The notes beneath the pieces are model-generated. The model had not been told where the DNA came from. It saw only the letters and a program-made list of their open reading frames with translations, and ran no database searches. Of a stretch of DNA of 64,000 nt, positions 1 through 9,830 are shown in pieces. Both the position numbers and the translations under genes were made by a program. Source of the DNA: a virus; IMG/VR virus record IMGVR_UViG_3300035698_014446, positions 1 through 64,000 of that record; one strand, given 5' to 3'. How positions within the stretch are numbered: position 1 is the stretch's first letter; each line of letters opens with the position of its first letter.

Positions 1-1631
1 GAGAACATTGCATTAATCGATCTAAGTGCGTTCAAATCCTTTACTATCGGGTGTGATTCCTCAAAGGGTTCTAACGCTCTTTTATCAAATGAAAAACTCT
101 CTGATTTAACTCCATCTTTCCATTTGACCTTGGCTTTTATTGGTAGTTTTAATCCGTGAAGACACAATCGCTTCATTTGCGTTGGACTTTTTGGGTTAAA
201 TCTACTATTTTTTTTAAAGGACTTGATATTCTGTTGTTTTTTACCTTTCTTATCAAGTACTAATTCCCCCTTTTTCTTTTTATACGACCTGCACCATTTT
301 TCAACACTTTTAACTACTCGATCACTATATAACTTTTCTTCTGCTGCAATCCTATCAGCAGTTAATTTACTCCGAACTGTCGGTATTTCCATCTTATTGA
401 CATACATACCCTTCATTTCTACTTCGGCCAAGTGTTGTGCATAATCCTGTTTCATATGCAGTATCTTGACATGATTTTTGGTCATTCTTTCCAAGCCCTT
501 ATGGTATATACCATAACACAATAGTGCATCCAAGGCGTTGTATTCTAACAGTTCGTCCAGCGGTGTATCTATCGGAGCCTGTTGTATCCCGGACATTTCT
601 ACCTTATACCCAGACCACGTGTACCCAAAGTATCTACCGACAGCACCAAGATTACTTGGAGCTAATTCATTAATGACGTTCATTATCAACATTGTATCCT
701 GTAGATATTTGGTAAACCCAAATCTACTAAGGTTACATTTGTGTTCATACTTTGCATTATGGGATATTTGTACAGTTTTTCTCGTCTTTAAGATACGAGC
801 CCACCGCTTAGCTAATGTTTGTATCTGTGGTCCTGTAAAATGTTTCGGGTAATCAAGAGGAAAAGCCACACCCTTATTATTGTACCCCACCCCTATCGAC
901 AAAATCTTAAACTCTTTACATAACCCCGGTCTTAACGCGCTCTTGTCTCCCCATGTCTCGTAGTCATACGAGATTATTCCGTCATAATCAAATTGTAAAA
1001 AATTAAGGAATTGATTAACTCTACTGAACGTAGTAAGTATTTTCACTTCCGGTTTTTCCGATAATCCGTCTTTCAACACTTCTTGTGCTGTATCCCACCC
1101 GTCAAACCATAACTTTTCTGTTTTCTCCGCCTCCCCACCCTTTTTACCTGATAACTTAGCCACATGCTTAGGGTCATAATTAAATATTGTGGGTATCATT
1201 ATTCCGTCATAATCTACCTCAAGACTCTGACCCACAACATGTTCAAGCTTTACTTTCTTATTCAGCACCGCCTCAGCGGCATATTTTCCCAAAGCTACAA
1301 CCACTTTCGGTTCATGGTCCTTTACTATTTCCATCCAGTTTGGTCTGCAGGCATCTATAGCATTTATTGTGGGTACGCCGTTCGAAAAACATCGTACCAC
1401 CGTGTCAAGTATATAGTTATCAGATACTTCTTTGATCACCGTCCTTAGATATTTCACACCCACTTCATCGGAAAAATGTAGCCCCGTTTCGTCGTCGTTG
1501 AACGATGGAGCAGAACCGAGTATTAATAAATCCGGCCTACCTTCTCCCTTGAACATAGGCTGTACTACGCATTTCCGTAATCTATGACGGGAACACTTAG
1601 TGCATTCTGTTTTTCTTCTTTTAGGTGGCAT
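1..1631 (-). CDS. polA: Family A DNA polymerase with N-terminal family-4 uracil-DNA-glycosylase-like domain (SPO1-like); truncated by the window edge
   Basis: Manual translation from ATG 1631, open to the edge: MPPKRRKTECTKCSRH..LILGSAPSFNDD..VVRC..AIDAC..PKVVVALGKYA (UDG-like); SYDYET, HNAKYE, YNALD (3'-5' exo I-III); AEVEMKG and FNPKSPTQ (PolA). Not in the ORF track. Confidence 0.9.
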   Translation of the reverse strand, partial: MPPKRRKTECTKCSRHRLRKCVVQPMFKGEGRPDLLILGSAPSFNDDETGLHFSDEVGVKYLRTVIKEVSDNYILDTVVRCFSNGVPTINAIDACRPNWMEIVKDHEPKVVVALGKYAAEAVLNKKVKLEHVVGQSLEVDYDGIMIPTIFNYDPKHVAKLSGKKGGEAEKTEKLWFDGWDTAQEVLKDGLSEKPEVKILTTFSRVNQFLNFLQFDYDGIISYDYETWGDKSALRPGLCKEFKILSIGVGYNNKGVAFPLDYPKHFTGPQIQTLAKRWARILKTRKTVQISHNAKYEHKCNLSRFGFTKYLQDTMLIMNVINELAPSNLGAVGRYFGYTWSGYKVEMSGIQQAPIDTPLDELLEYNALDALLCYGIYHKGLERMTKNHVKILHMKQDYAQHLAEVEMKGMYVNKMEIPTVRSKLTADRIAAEEKLYSDRVVKSVEKWCRSYKKKKGELVLDKKGKKQQNIKSFKKNSRFNPKSPTQMKRLCLHGLKLPIKAKVKWKDGVKSESFSFDKRALEPFEESHPIVKDLNALRSINAMF

Positions 1632-1759
1632 AAATAAAGAACGCCCCTACCGCAGGAATGCGTATATTGATCGGTGAAAACAACCAATGGCGTGCATTTG
1701 TCCAACATAGTCCAAATAAGCACATCGTATCCTTTGATAGGAGCGTTGTCGGGTCCAAG

Positions 1760-2143
1760 TTATTTCTCATATAATTTTATCATCGTTAAATCATCGTACA
1801 CAGGTAAATTGTTTTCCTGTGCATATTTTATTTCTTTTATTGAACCTTCACTACCGATCAATTTCAGATGATTAAATGGTAACGTAGTCACACAAAAATC
1901 ACATCGCATCATTATAACTATGTCACCAATTAGTATATCTTCTATATCCACATAACCCCCCATATGTTTCGTGTTAGTGTGGGGGCATATGGCTGCGTAA
2001 CCCATCTTCCACAAAGTATACGTCAATTTTTGCGCAAGTTGTATATTAAGCATCTGTTCATAATCGGTTTCTGCTCTAAACGGACCAATTACGTACGCTA
2101 CCTTCTTAGAATCGCGGATTTTTTCCAAAATGAATCCCTTCAA
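1760..2143 (-). CDS. DUF4406 / nucleoside 2-deoxyribosyltransferase-like protein
   Basis: AYVIGPFRA, GYAAICPHTN, RCD and SEGSIKEIKYA motifs. Confidence 0.7.
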   Translation of the reverse strand: MKGFILEKIRDSKKVAYVIGPFRAETDYEQMLNIQLAQKLTYTLWKMGYAAICPHTNTKHMGGYVDIEDILIGDIVIMMRCDFCVTTLPFNHLKLIGSEGSIKEIKYAQENNLPVYDDLTMIKLYEK

Positions 2144-2621
2144 AATCTATAGGATGGTTACTTTCGTAGTCCTGTATTTTATACCATTTTGTATTTTTGT
2201 AACACCGTATACCCACAGCGTTATGTGTTAATTTAAATTTAATATTTATGACAACTCCCTTATTTGTCATCGGGGATGACATCCATATACCTGTTTCGTT
2301 TTTAATAATAAATATTATAAATTGATTATTGCTAATTTTACCGCAACACTCGTCAATCATATCCATAAAAGCCTTAGTTGGCTTTAACATTGCGTGTACT
2401 GAATACGCCTTCCTGTTTTTACACTCAATAATTAGTGATAAATACGGTTTCTCAACACAATACACATCACCGGACAAATCAGTTCTACCAGAATTGCGCG
2501 TACTCTCCCATTTTGTGTTAGTCCATGCTGTAAAATACCGAGCACAAAAACATTCAAAAGCTTTACCCTTCCTACGACTCATTTTTCCCGTCTGACTCGC
2601 TGTCTTCTTTTTACCCATCAA
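2106..2621 (-). CDS. Holliday junction resolvase (Hjc-type PD-(D/E)XK)
   Basis: SRRKGKAFE ... GD ... IIECKN. Confidence 0.75.
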   Translation of the reverse strand: MMGKKKTASQTGKMSRRKGKAFECFCARYFTAWTNTKWESTRNSGRTDLSGDVYCVEKPYLSLIIECKNRKAYSVHAMLKPTKAFMDMIDECCGKISNNQFIIFIIKNETGIWMSSPMTNKGVVINIKFKLTHNAVGIRCYKNTKWYKIQDYESNHPIDFEGIHFGKNPRF

Positions 2622-3172
2622 GCCACATCCTTAAATACTTTAGGTTTCCACCCCAACTTTGTACCTTTCTTGGTATTGCATGTACTACACGCAGGTACAA
2701 TATTCTCTGGTGAATGTTCACCACCCTTACTAATAGGTATAACATGATCTTTTGTAAGATTGTGTTTAGTACCACAATAAGCACACTTATAATTGTATCT
2801 TTTAAGAATTATTTTCCACTGTATATTAGTTAATCCTGTTCCATTTGTTCTTTTTAATAATCTACGATTATTTGCACGTTCCCTGTATGCTTCTTTGTTT
2901 TTATAATACTGAATTCTTAGTCTGGCTCTTACTTCACTTTGATGTTTTTCACGATATCTTCTATATCTTTCTAATCTTTTAACTTTACCATTTTCCTTTA
3001 CTTTTGGGTTTGCACGGTATACTCGTCTTTTTTCTTTTTCCTTAAGAGATTTTGATTTTTTACTTCTACATTTTTTACATTGGGCATTCAGTCCGTCTTT
3101 AGAATCAGACCGTTTACCAAATTTATTTATGTTTTTTATTCTTTTACATTTACTACATCTTTTTCTTCTCAT
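2618..3172 (-). CDS. HNH endonuclease (subtype A)
   Basis: [27 protein letters not shown]; N-terminal CxxC..CxxC. Confidence 0.92.
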   Translation of the reverse strand: MRRKRCSKCKRIKNINKFGKRSDSKDGLNAQCKKCRSKKSKSLKEKEKRRVYRANPKVKENGKVKRLERYRRYREKHQSEVRARLRIQYYKNKEAYRERANNRRLLKRTNGTGLTNIQWKIILKRYNYKCAYCGTKHNLTKDHVIPISKGGEHSPENIVPACSTCNTKKGTKLGWKPKVFKDVA

Positions 3173-3921
3173 TCTTTCTGGCGCTTCCGCATTACAAACA
3201 ACATACCCATACTCAATAATAAAATCATAGCCGGTTCAGGAACAAGTATTAAAGAAATATTACTAAGACCCCCAAACTGTAAATGGTGATTAAATACTGT
3301 ACCATCAACAAGTGTACCAGTTAGCGTTCCATATGTCCGACCGGACACATAAAGTGGATTAATAGTCCCATAAACTGCTCTCCCATCAAGTGTAAAATTA
3401 CTACCATGGAAAGTAACAGTTGACCAATCATATAATGTTATTTGGCCTCCTATTGAACCTCCAAAAATATCTACCATACTATGATCTTTTATAGTCAAAT
3501 CTCCGGCTATACGACCCCCTGAAATATACACTTGACTATAATCTTCTATAAACGAAAAGTATCCCACGTCTCCGCCTGAAATAATTACCTGACTATTATC
3601 ATACGCACGTAATGCATTTATCTCACCACCCCAAGTGATGGTTATTTGACTGTTACCAAAAGCTCGTGCATAATCTATCTGGCCATAAATATTCAATAAA
3701 CTGGTTTCATAAACCCAAAAGTTGTAATCCGTATTCGCTCCACTTATAATATTAACAGTGGTTGGTTCACCCCAAAAATTATTATTTATATGACCATTTC
3801 GTTCACTCATAGAAAAAGAGGCTATATTATATATCTCACCATCATCAAAATATATTGTTGCTTCCACACTTGATATAATAAAACAACACACTAACACCAA
3901 TACTAACATTACCTTTTTCAT
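3169..3921 (-). CDS. PEP-CTERM sorting-domain surface protein
   Basis: Signal peptide, SxVxIxGG repeats, C-terminal VPEP + TM helix + RKRQK. Confidence 0.9.
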   Translation of the reverse strand: MKKVMLVLVLVCCFIISSVEATIYFDDGEIYNIASFSMSERNGHINNNFWGEPTTVNIISGANTDYNFWVYETSLLNIYGQIDYARAFGNSQITITWGGEINALRAYDNSQVIISGGDVGYFSFIEDYSQVYISGGRIAGDLTIKDHSMVDIFGGSIGGQITLYDWSTVTFHGSNFTLDGRAVYGTINPLYVSGRTYGTLTGTLVDGTVFNHHLQFGGLSNISLILVPEPAMILLLSMGMLFVMRKRQKE

Positions 3922-3945
3922 TCTACTATCCTTTCAGCCAGAGTA

Positions 3946-4050
3946 TCAACACATGTGTCGTTTTACATAATCATCAAATTTTTTCTTTTCTTCTACCTTT
4001 GCTTTGGATATACTACCACGCTTTTTCTTCTTCGTCTTTTTCTTAGCCAC
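3946..4050 (-). CDS. Small lysine-rich protein (MAKKKTKKKKRGSISK...)
   Basis: GTG start overlapping the upstream stop; fills the gap in a tight operon. Confidence 0.45.
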   Translation of the reverse strand: MAKKKTKKKKRGSISKAKVEEKKKFDDYVKRHMC

Positions 4051-4582
4051 TATCCACTGTCCTTTCGGTCAAAATATTAAAACATTTAGTAGCGTATCCT
4101 ACCTGATAAATACAGTCGTCCAGTGCATTGTGTTTATTTTCCTGATCAGTTCTGTCGTCGCTTTTCTTGTACGGAATCCCGGCCAAATCCACCAGTGTAC
4201 GTAAATCTCTACAATCGCGAAAACTGAAAGGTAAATTATAATTTATCTTGTTGTACGCATTCATAAGAATTGGGAAATCAAATGTAGCGTGTGCCCACAC
4301 ACATTTACATTTATTACAGAAATTGAATAAATAGTCAAATACTTCCTTTACATCATGTATCGGCTGTTGAAGAAACGATCTGTTTGTCTTATTAAGCCAC
4401 CACTCTACAGTCGATGCGTCCATAGTTAGACCTAAATCCATACAACTTTTCATACTAACATTCATGAGGAACTCACAGCCCGTTTTACCGCTTATCCTGT
4501 CAAAATAACACGCACCGATTTGTACAATAACAGAATTAGGTGTAGTGCCCATCGTCTCCAGATCGATCATGATGTCTTTCAT
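4043..4582 (-). CDS. DEDD 3'-5' exonuclease (Rv2179c/exoVIII-like)
   Basis: IMIDLET, FDFPIL, RDLRT, HNALDD. Confidence 0.9.
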   Translation of the reverse strand: MKDIMIDLETMGTTPNSVIVQIGACYFDRISGKTGCEFLMNVSMKSCMDLGLTMDASTVEWWLNKTNRSFLQQPIHDVKEVFDYLFNFCNKCKCVWAHATFDFPILMNAYNKINYNLPFSFRDCRDLRTLVDLAGIPYKKSDDRTDQENKHNALDDCIYQVGYATKCFNILTERTVDSG

Positions 4583-4774
4583 ATTTGCCTTCCTTTATTT
4601 ATATTTTTTAAAACAAAATAACAGCCTACCCTACTTACTGCCTACACCGGTTTGGCAATTTTCGTTCGCCCTTCCCTTCACTCATTAATTTTAAACAGGT
4701 ACAAGCCACAAACTCATATCCTAAATCAAAGTCGTATTACTCCTCGACTGCTTCATCTGTTTATTTTTTAAAAT

Positions 4775-4932
4775 ATTACAGGATAAAAGTACTCTCTCTC
4801 TAATACCTGTGCTTCTTTTAAGTCGCCACCGCATGATCAAAGATGGACCTGCGACTTCGTATCACGACCTTAAGGTTAATTCCTTTTATTGAAGGTCAAA
4901 TAATTCGACCTACACAATTTTTATCCTGTAAT
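4775..4932 (-). ncRNA. Candidate structured RNA closed by a 14-bp perfect inverted repeat
   Basis: ATTACAGGATAAAA (4775-4788) / TTTTATCCTGTAAT (4919-4932) enclosing hairpins AAGTCGC/GCGACTT and AGGTC/GACCT. Confidence 0.45.
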
Positions 4933-5516
4933 TAACGTATCGTCAATGACGTTTTTTGGTATATCCGCAGTCCTTTGATGTTTCGTGACCCATCCTTTAT
5001 CGCGGTGTTCACAGCAGCCGAATCTATAACCAGATACTCCACTGGAACCTTACTTATATCCGTTACTTCGAATGTCCACCGTTTCTGTGTGGTGGATTTA
5101 CCCTTCTCCGCTTCGACAACAGCAGGGGCATGTGTTTTATGTCCCTTTGCCGCGTGGGCCGCCTGCAATTTGTGTCGTTTATCCTCTTCTTTTTTGGCTG
5201 CTAACTCCTGTGCTGTATGAAATCCGAGTATCTTCTTCCGGATGATATCGTCTGCTGTCCTCAGAGGCTCAGTCAATTCCTTGAACAATTTATTTACTGC
5301 TCTAAGTGATTGGTTCAAAGGCACAGTTATAGCCGTGCGCTTCTCCTCAATTACCCCCAACCGTTCCTTAATGGCCTTCAATACTTCAAACGCCTTGTTC
5401 TCCCCCTTTACTGTTTCGATGGCCAATTCATTCGCGTTACTTACCATCGGAACGTTTTTTCTTTTAATCTTGGTTATTTCTTCCTTAGTCAGTAACTCCG
5501 CTTTTTTCTCTGCCAT
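4932..5516 (-). CDS. Conserved phage coiled-coil protein (Gp157-like C-terminus)
   Basis: Coiled-coil N-terminus; C-terminal [34 protein letters not shown]. Confidence 0.6.
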   Translation of the reverse strand: MAEKKAELLTKEEITKIKRKNVPMVSNANELAIETVKGENKAFEVLKAIKERLGVIEEKRTAITVPLNQSLRAVNKLFKELTEPLRTADDIIRKKILGFHTAQELAAKKEEDKRHKLQAAHAAKGHKTHAPAVVEAEKGKSTTQKRWTFEVTDISKVPVEYLVIDSAAVNTAIKDGSRNIKGLRIYQKTSLTIR

Positions 5517-5552
5517 TGTTTTGTCCTTTAATAAATTTCTTCTCTTATTTCT

Positions 5553-5945
5553 TTATTTTACCTTTATAATAACTACCTTCTTAGCCACAAAGTCATAACT
5601 CACACACATTCCATTGCTGGTTAATTCCGCGTGAAAATCGGCAAATCCCTCTACCTCTTCCACCACCGTCTCCCAAGGGTCGTGTAATTCCTCTTTGGAA
5701 GCAATCATTAATGATCTTATCAGTTTGGTTATAACCCTATTCGTGTTTCTGTTACTTTGGAACATGGCTGCTATTTCATCACTAACTTTCAGCGGAAAAT
5801 CGTCAGCGGTTAATTTTTTAGTTCCCGACTTCCTTTGTTCAAATATACTACACGCCGCATGATCTTTTGAATTTCCCGGAAACGGGCAATCAGACACATC
5901 ATCACTGTTTTCAAACCCACTACACTGTCCACAAAAATTATTCAT
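5553..5945 (-). CDS. Hypothetical protein with Cys-rich N-terminus
   Basis: ORF in tight operon, CGQC..CP..C. Confidence 0.6.
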   Translation of the reverse strand: MNNFCGQCSGFENSDDVSDCPFPGNSKDHAACSIFEQRKSGTKKLTADDFPLKVSDEIAAMFQSNRNTNRVITKLIRSLMIASKEELHDPWETVVEEVEGFADFHAELTSNGMCVSYDFVAKKVVIIKVK

Positions 5946-6264
5946 TATACTCCCCTATAAACATAAATCTCGGTTTACCACAACACATGTATTTTATCTT
6001 TTGAAAAAGTACTTCATCACCGTCAATCATACGGTGTATATCTTTCATTTTCGGTTCGACACACATTCTGTCGAGTGATACCCCATTTAGTATGAACATA
6101 TACTCATTTATATGCCTGATAATAAATTTCTTACACGTATGACCTATAGGACTCGGTTTACGGGCAAATCGCCTTGGGTCCTCGCATTTATCAAATAAGA
6201 AACAATCAATACATACCATGATTATCTCCACCTTCTCGCATAAAGATATACCCTTTTGTACCAT
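5938..6264 (-). CDS. Hypothetical protein (Cys-rich; start may be about 6219)
   Basis: Overlapping operon packing. Confidence 0.5.
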   Translation of the reverse strand: MVQKGISLCEKVEIIMVCIDCFLFDKCEDPRRFARKPSPIGHTCKKFIIRHINEYMFILNGVSLDRMCVEPKMKDIHRMIDGDEVLFQKIKYMCCGKPRFMFIGEYNE

Positions 6265-6575
6265 GGAAGAGACTTCGCCCTTAGTCTGTACCGCATGTGT
6301 CCTTCAAAATGAGGCCAAGTTGTTCTATACCAAGTTCCCTCTTTATGGAGAATTTCCAGATTATCAAATCCTACTTCATCTGCCATTTTATACTGTTTAT
6401 GGCCCATCCTATCATATATAGCCTGATTGTTGTACAGACATTCTGTAATTGAGTAACGCCGATGAAATATCCACCATAAAAAGTGTTTCACCTGACGATA
6501 CCACGTGTTTGGCTTAAATCTCCACTGTTGTATTTTTATTTCTTTTCCTTCTTCCTTCCACATGCACCCATGCAT
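6222..6575 (-). CDS. Hypothetical protein
   Basis: Operon packing. Confidence 0.45.
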   Translation of the reverse strand: MHGCMWKEEGKEIKIQQWRFKPNTWYRQVKHFLWWIFHRRYSITECLYNNQAIYDRMGHKQYKMADEVGFDNLEILHKEGTWYRTTWPHFEGHMRYRLRAKSLPWYKRVYLYARRWR

Positions 6576-7480
6576 TCATCCCAATAACCACACCATTTAG
6601 GACTACACAGGAAATTGTACACCGGGTTGCACACAGGAAATGAACCTTTACTTATTGAATCAGCTATAGATAGAGTAGTAATTATAAACCATTCTATCCT
6701 TCTCTGACTCATCATTCCAAACTGCCATTCCACCATAGGCACTTTTATTTTCTTGAACACACACATTCCCACTTTTGGGAACACATCTGTTACTCGTTCA
6801 GCCATATCACATATTCCATATGTGGTTAACTGGTATGAATCATCCAGTTCTGCTTCGGATTTGTTTTTACTTGCCGTCTTGTAATCACACACTACGTTTT
6901 CTTCTGGAGTTTTCCGGAGAATAGGGGTAAGTGTCCCAGCTACGTCCATATAACACAGTATTTTTACAGGACCTACTTGTAACACAAATTCCTGTTCGAT
7001 AAGGCGTGGTTTAAGTCGTGGTGCAAAATTGTTGATGTATGCAGCTTGTAATTTCTTCCCCCGAAGTAACACGTCCCGCTCTTTTATTCCTTCCCAATCT
7101 CCTATCTCCTTCTGTTTATCGTGAAAAGTGTCACAAAAATGTTGAATTACCTGCTTTTCCTTTCTGTCCGTCCCTGTCTTCCGTTTCTTGATGTTGTTAA
7201 ATTCACATGTTCCGTGATGGCATGTACCTTCCATCATCGACACGCCCGGTGGTCGTTTCTTCCCTTCTATGTACCTTTTATAGTACTGTATTGGGCATCG
7301 CATATACATATTTATAGCCGACGGGGATAGATGTTCGTGTGGTAATTGCAATTTCGTGGTAAGATATTTATCCAACATCTCATCAGGCACTTTAACTGTA
7401 ACGGGTATGCCATTACCACTTATTCGTCCTTTTTCACTTTTAACCTTTTTCTTCTTAGTCTTTTTCTTTTTCGGCGGCAT
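6536..7480 (-). CDS. PD-(D/E)XK exonuclease (RecB/Cas4-like)
   Basis: HLSPSAINMYMRCP, GTCHH, D..DYKT, QLTTY, C-terminal C..WCGYWDEC. Confidence 0.88.
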   Translation of the reverse strand: MPPKKKKTKKKKVKSEKGRISGNGIPVTVKVPDEMLDKYLTTKLQLPHEHLSPSAINMYMRCPIQYYKRYIEGKKRPPGVSMMEGTCHHGTCEFNNIKKRKTGTDRKEKQVIQHFCDTFHDKQKEIGDWEGIKERDVLLRGKKLQAAYINNFAPRLKPRLIEQEFVLQVGPVKILCYMDVAGTLTPILRKTPEENVVCDYKTASKNKSEAELDDSYQLTTYGICDMAERVTDVFPKVGMCVFKKIKVPMVEWQFGMMSQRRIEWFIITTLSIADSISKGSFPVCNPVYNFLCSPKWCGYWDECMGACGRKKEKK

Positions 7481-7826
7481 CCAGTATCCTTTCCACGTCC
7501 TTGATTATCGCGTCAATTGCATCCATTGTATAGATTCTGTATGCGTCCATTTCCGTCAATGGCCTTGTTATGTTGTGCGTACATAAAGCTATTTTTTCAA
7601 CGATAAGATGATCATTTTCCATTAGTACTTTAATCAAATTTTTGTCATACAAATCGGATGGTGATCTACACACAACAATTACTATTCCGTATTCTATACT
7701 ATAATCACCAATGTTGTGTCTGTCCACATCTATATCTATATCACGTAATTTAGCGGAGATAACATTCAATAATACCCCTACTACTTCCTCATCACACGCT
7801 GAATGCACCAAAAAATTAAGAACCAT
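7455..7826 (-). CDS. Hypothetical protein
   Basis: Operon packing. Confidence 0.55.
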   Translation of the reverse strand: MVLNFLVHSACDEEVVGVLLNVISAKLRDIDIDVDRHNIGDYSIEYGIVIVVCRSPSDLYDKNLIKVLMENDHLIVEKIALCTHNITRPLTEMDAYRIYTMDAIDAIIKDVERILDAAEKEKD

Positions 7827-7828
7827 CG

Positions 7829-8323
7829 TTATATTCTTCGCTTATGCGGACAAATCCCTTTGTTAATCATCTTACCACAATTACAGTTCCAACAAAGCAC
7901 TTGATATTCCTTTGGAAAATTATTATTTCTTAACCAACGATAAAAAGCCGGTCCTGACAAGCTTGATTTATGTTGTGATTTATGTTTTCGTCTGTGTTCT
8001 GCTCCATCGTTATTTACATGATCTATAGTCAAAAAATCAAGTAAAGTTTCACCACAACACGAACATTTACCACCATAATGATTAACTATAGACGCTTTTA
8101 GTTTCCTATTATGTTCATTTGCACGTTCATTTATTTGTGTACGATTCTTTTCACAATACCTTATAGCAGCAGCTTTTCCCATTTCACTCTGTTTATACTT
8201 TTTAGTACTAATTTTTCCCTTAGTACTTTGCTTGTATTTTTTCCTACTAAGTTTTCCTTTTTTACTCTTCGCATACTTTTTTCTACCCTCTATCTCTTTA
8301 ACACTTCTTCTACGAACCATCAT
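7829..8323 (-). CDS. HNH-like endonuclease (family distinct from the other copies)
   Basis: YGGKCSCCGE..LTIDHVNNDG..QVLCWNCN. Confidence 0.85.
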   Translation of the reverse strand: MMVRRRSVKEIEGRKKYAKSKKGKLSRKKYKQSTKGKISTKKYKQSEMGKAAAIRYCEKNRTQINERANEHNRKLKASIVNHYGGKCSCCGETLLDFLTIDHVNNDGAEHRRKHKSQHKSSLSGPAFYRWLRNNNFPKEYQVLCWNCNCGKMINKGICPHKRRI

Positions 8324-8624
8324 CTATCCCCCGTTCCAAATATTTTCTATATCTTTCCATAGATAATATTGAAAACACGACATTAGGTGGCGGATAAGGT
8401 CTATTAAAGTGTACTCGACAAAAGGGCGTGGGCATAGCACGAAACTGAGCCCGGACAAATAATCTCGCGAACTTCGGATGGTCTAACTCATGTGCTACAT
8501 CATTGGTTATACCATCAGGTATAGTAATCCACGTAGGTTTTTTACATCTATTCTTTACAGCCGACTGGTACGCCATACGTAGCAAGGCTGCTATAATTAC
8601 ATCATTATTTTTCAGTATTATCAC
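8310..8624 (-). CDS. Hypothetical protein
   Basis: ORF coupled to the next gene. Confidence 0.5.
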   Translation of the reverse strand: MIILKNNDVIIAALLRMAYQSAVKNRCKKPTWITIPDGITNDVAHELDHPKFARLFVRAQFRAMPTPFCRVHFNRPYPPPNVVFSILSMERYRKYLERGIDDGS

Positions 8625-8775
8625 TATTTGTTACCCGATGAAACAAATAGTGCCCGCGCCGAACTATCCTGTCGACGCGGGCGGTTAGATAGTCATGCAT
8701 TTATAATGCATTATATCACGATGGAACAATTCGCTTTGCCGGTTTTCTCCGTTTAAGTTGTTCGTGAATTTAAAA

Positions 8776-8854
8776 TCGCCCGCTTTGCCATTAAGCTATC
8801 CGGCGATCAATAACGCCGGAGTGAGACTCGAACTCACATCGCACGATCAAGCGA
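8776..8854 (-). ncRNA. Circularly permuted tRNA-like domain 2 (YrlA-like topology)
   Basis: T arm GTGAG-TTCGAGT-CTCAC, closed acceptor hairpin TCCGGCG/CGCCGGA, D arm TA-GCTT-AATGGCA-AAGC, closing stem TCGCTT/GGGCGA. Confidence 0.75.
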
Positions 8855-8883
8855 ACAACACTCGACCCGACAAACATCGTAAA

Positions 8884-9047
8884 ATAAGCTTAGAGCAATA
8901 GTCTCGTACTAATAGTTGCCACCGACTTTCCATTCCGAGCCGATGCGTCTGCCAATTCCGCCACCCTGCGGGGTATAATACTTAATCGCAGGGGCAGGAT
9001 TCGAACCTGCAAGCAACACATAAGACTTAACTTTAGCTTAATCTTAT
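8884..9047 (-). ncRNA. Circularly permuted tRNA-like domain 1 on a long irregular stem
   Basis: T arm GCAGG-TTCGAAT-CCTGC, closed acceptor hairpin CCCTGCG/CGCAGGG, Leu-type D arm TGGCGGAATTGGCAGACGC, hairpin ATCGGCT/AGTCGGT, outer stems GTTGCT/GGCAAC, AGTCTT/GAGACT, ATAAG/CTTAT. Confidence 0.78.
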
Positions 9048-9074
9048 CCGGGGGCATTCGTCCCCGGCTGCTCC

Positions 9075-9806
9075 CTATTTACTTGGAAAAATATGACTGA
9101 ATAATTCCGTTCCCACAGAAACGAAAGAAATTTCCACGCTATTTGCTTCTTCTCTCGCGACCTTTACCGCCTCTTGCAACTTCTCGATGCGTTTGATAAT
9201 CGCGGCTTTTTCCGACTCCGGCATGGCCCCAGACATATGAATTGTGGTCCAGTGTCCCACCATCTTGTCGATGTTAATTATTTCCGCCTGTCCCGGCTGA
9301 TGTTCGGTCGGTTCGAACATTACGTGCGTCGTCGGGATTTTTTGAGTTTTGACGGTCTGTTCCTCTTTCGTCACCCAACAATTTTTCGCCTCATCCATCG
9401 TCCACACCCTATCCGGTGGTAACGTCGGAATGTTGTAGGCAAATGTTCGCAAATCGACCAACTGTTTTTCCATAAAGAGTAAAGTGGTAACAGGAATCGA
9501 TTTAAACACGATTTTGTTGTCCACTTTTACATCGGCTCTGGCCGAAGTATTCGCGGAATCCTGCGTGGCTACACAATCAAGAAAATTAACATACTCGTCT
9601 TTCATTTCTTGAATTGCGTCAGGAACCCGAAGTTGTACCCTACGAGATTCAGGTGGAAAAATCTCACCCTCTACATCCGTCGGTTCGTACGTACGGTTAA
9701 TACCACCAATACGATCATTATGCCACCCCCTGTGTATTTCTGTAAGAAGTTTTTGGGTTCTCGTTTTCTTACCCTGTACAATTGCAATTAACTGGTTTAA
9801 CTTCAT
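9075..9806 (-). CDS. Conserved phage/bacterial protein of unknown function (DUF7873-like, recalled from memory)
   Basis: MKLNQLIAI..RTYEP..PPES..LLFMEKQL..GHWTT..SGA..LQEAVKVAREEAN; GGAGAGAG RBS before ATG 9806. Confidence 0.8.
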   Translation of the reverse strand: MKLNQLIAIVQGKKTRTQKLLTEIHRGWHNDRIGGINRTYEPTDVEGEIFPPESRRVQLRVPDAIQEMKDEYVNFLDCVATQDSANTSARADVKVDNKIVFKSIPVTTLLFMEKQLVDLRTFAYNIPTLPPDRVWTMDEAKNCWVTKEEQTVKTQKIPTTHVMFEPTEHQPGQAEIINIDKMVGHWTTIHMSGAMPESEKAAIIKRIEKLQEAVKVAREEANSVEISFVSVGTELFSHIFPSK

Positions 9807-9830
9807 AACTCTCTCTCCAATAAATAATAA

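Noticed and set aside
8814-8970. Single intron-containing tRNA made from the 5' half of unit 1 and the 3' half of unit 2
   Set aside because: The cross acceptor has an A-G mismatch, whereas each local acceptor hairpin pairs 7/7. There is no CCA, no canonical 7-nt anticodon loop and no group I or BHB features.
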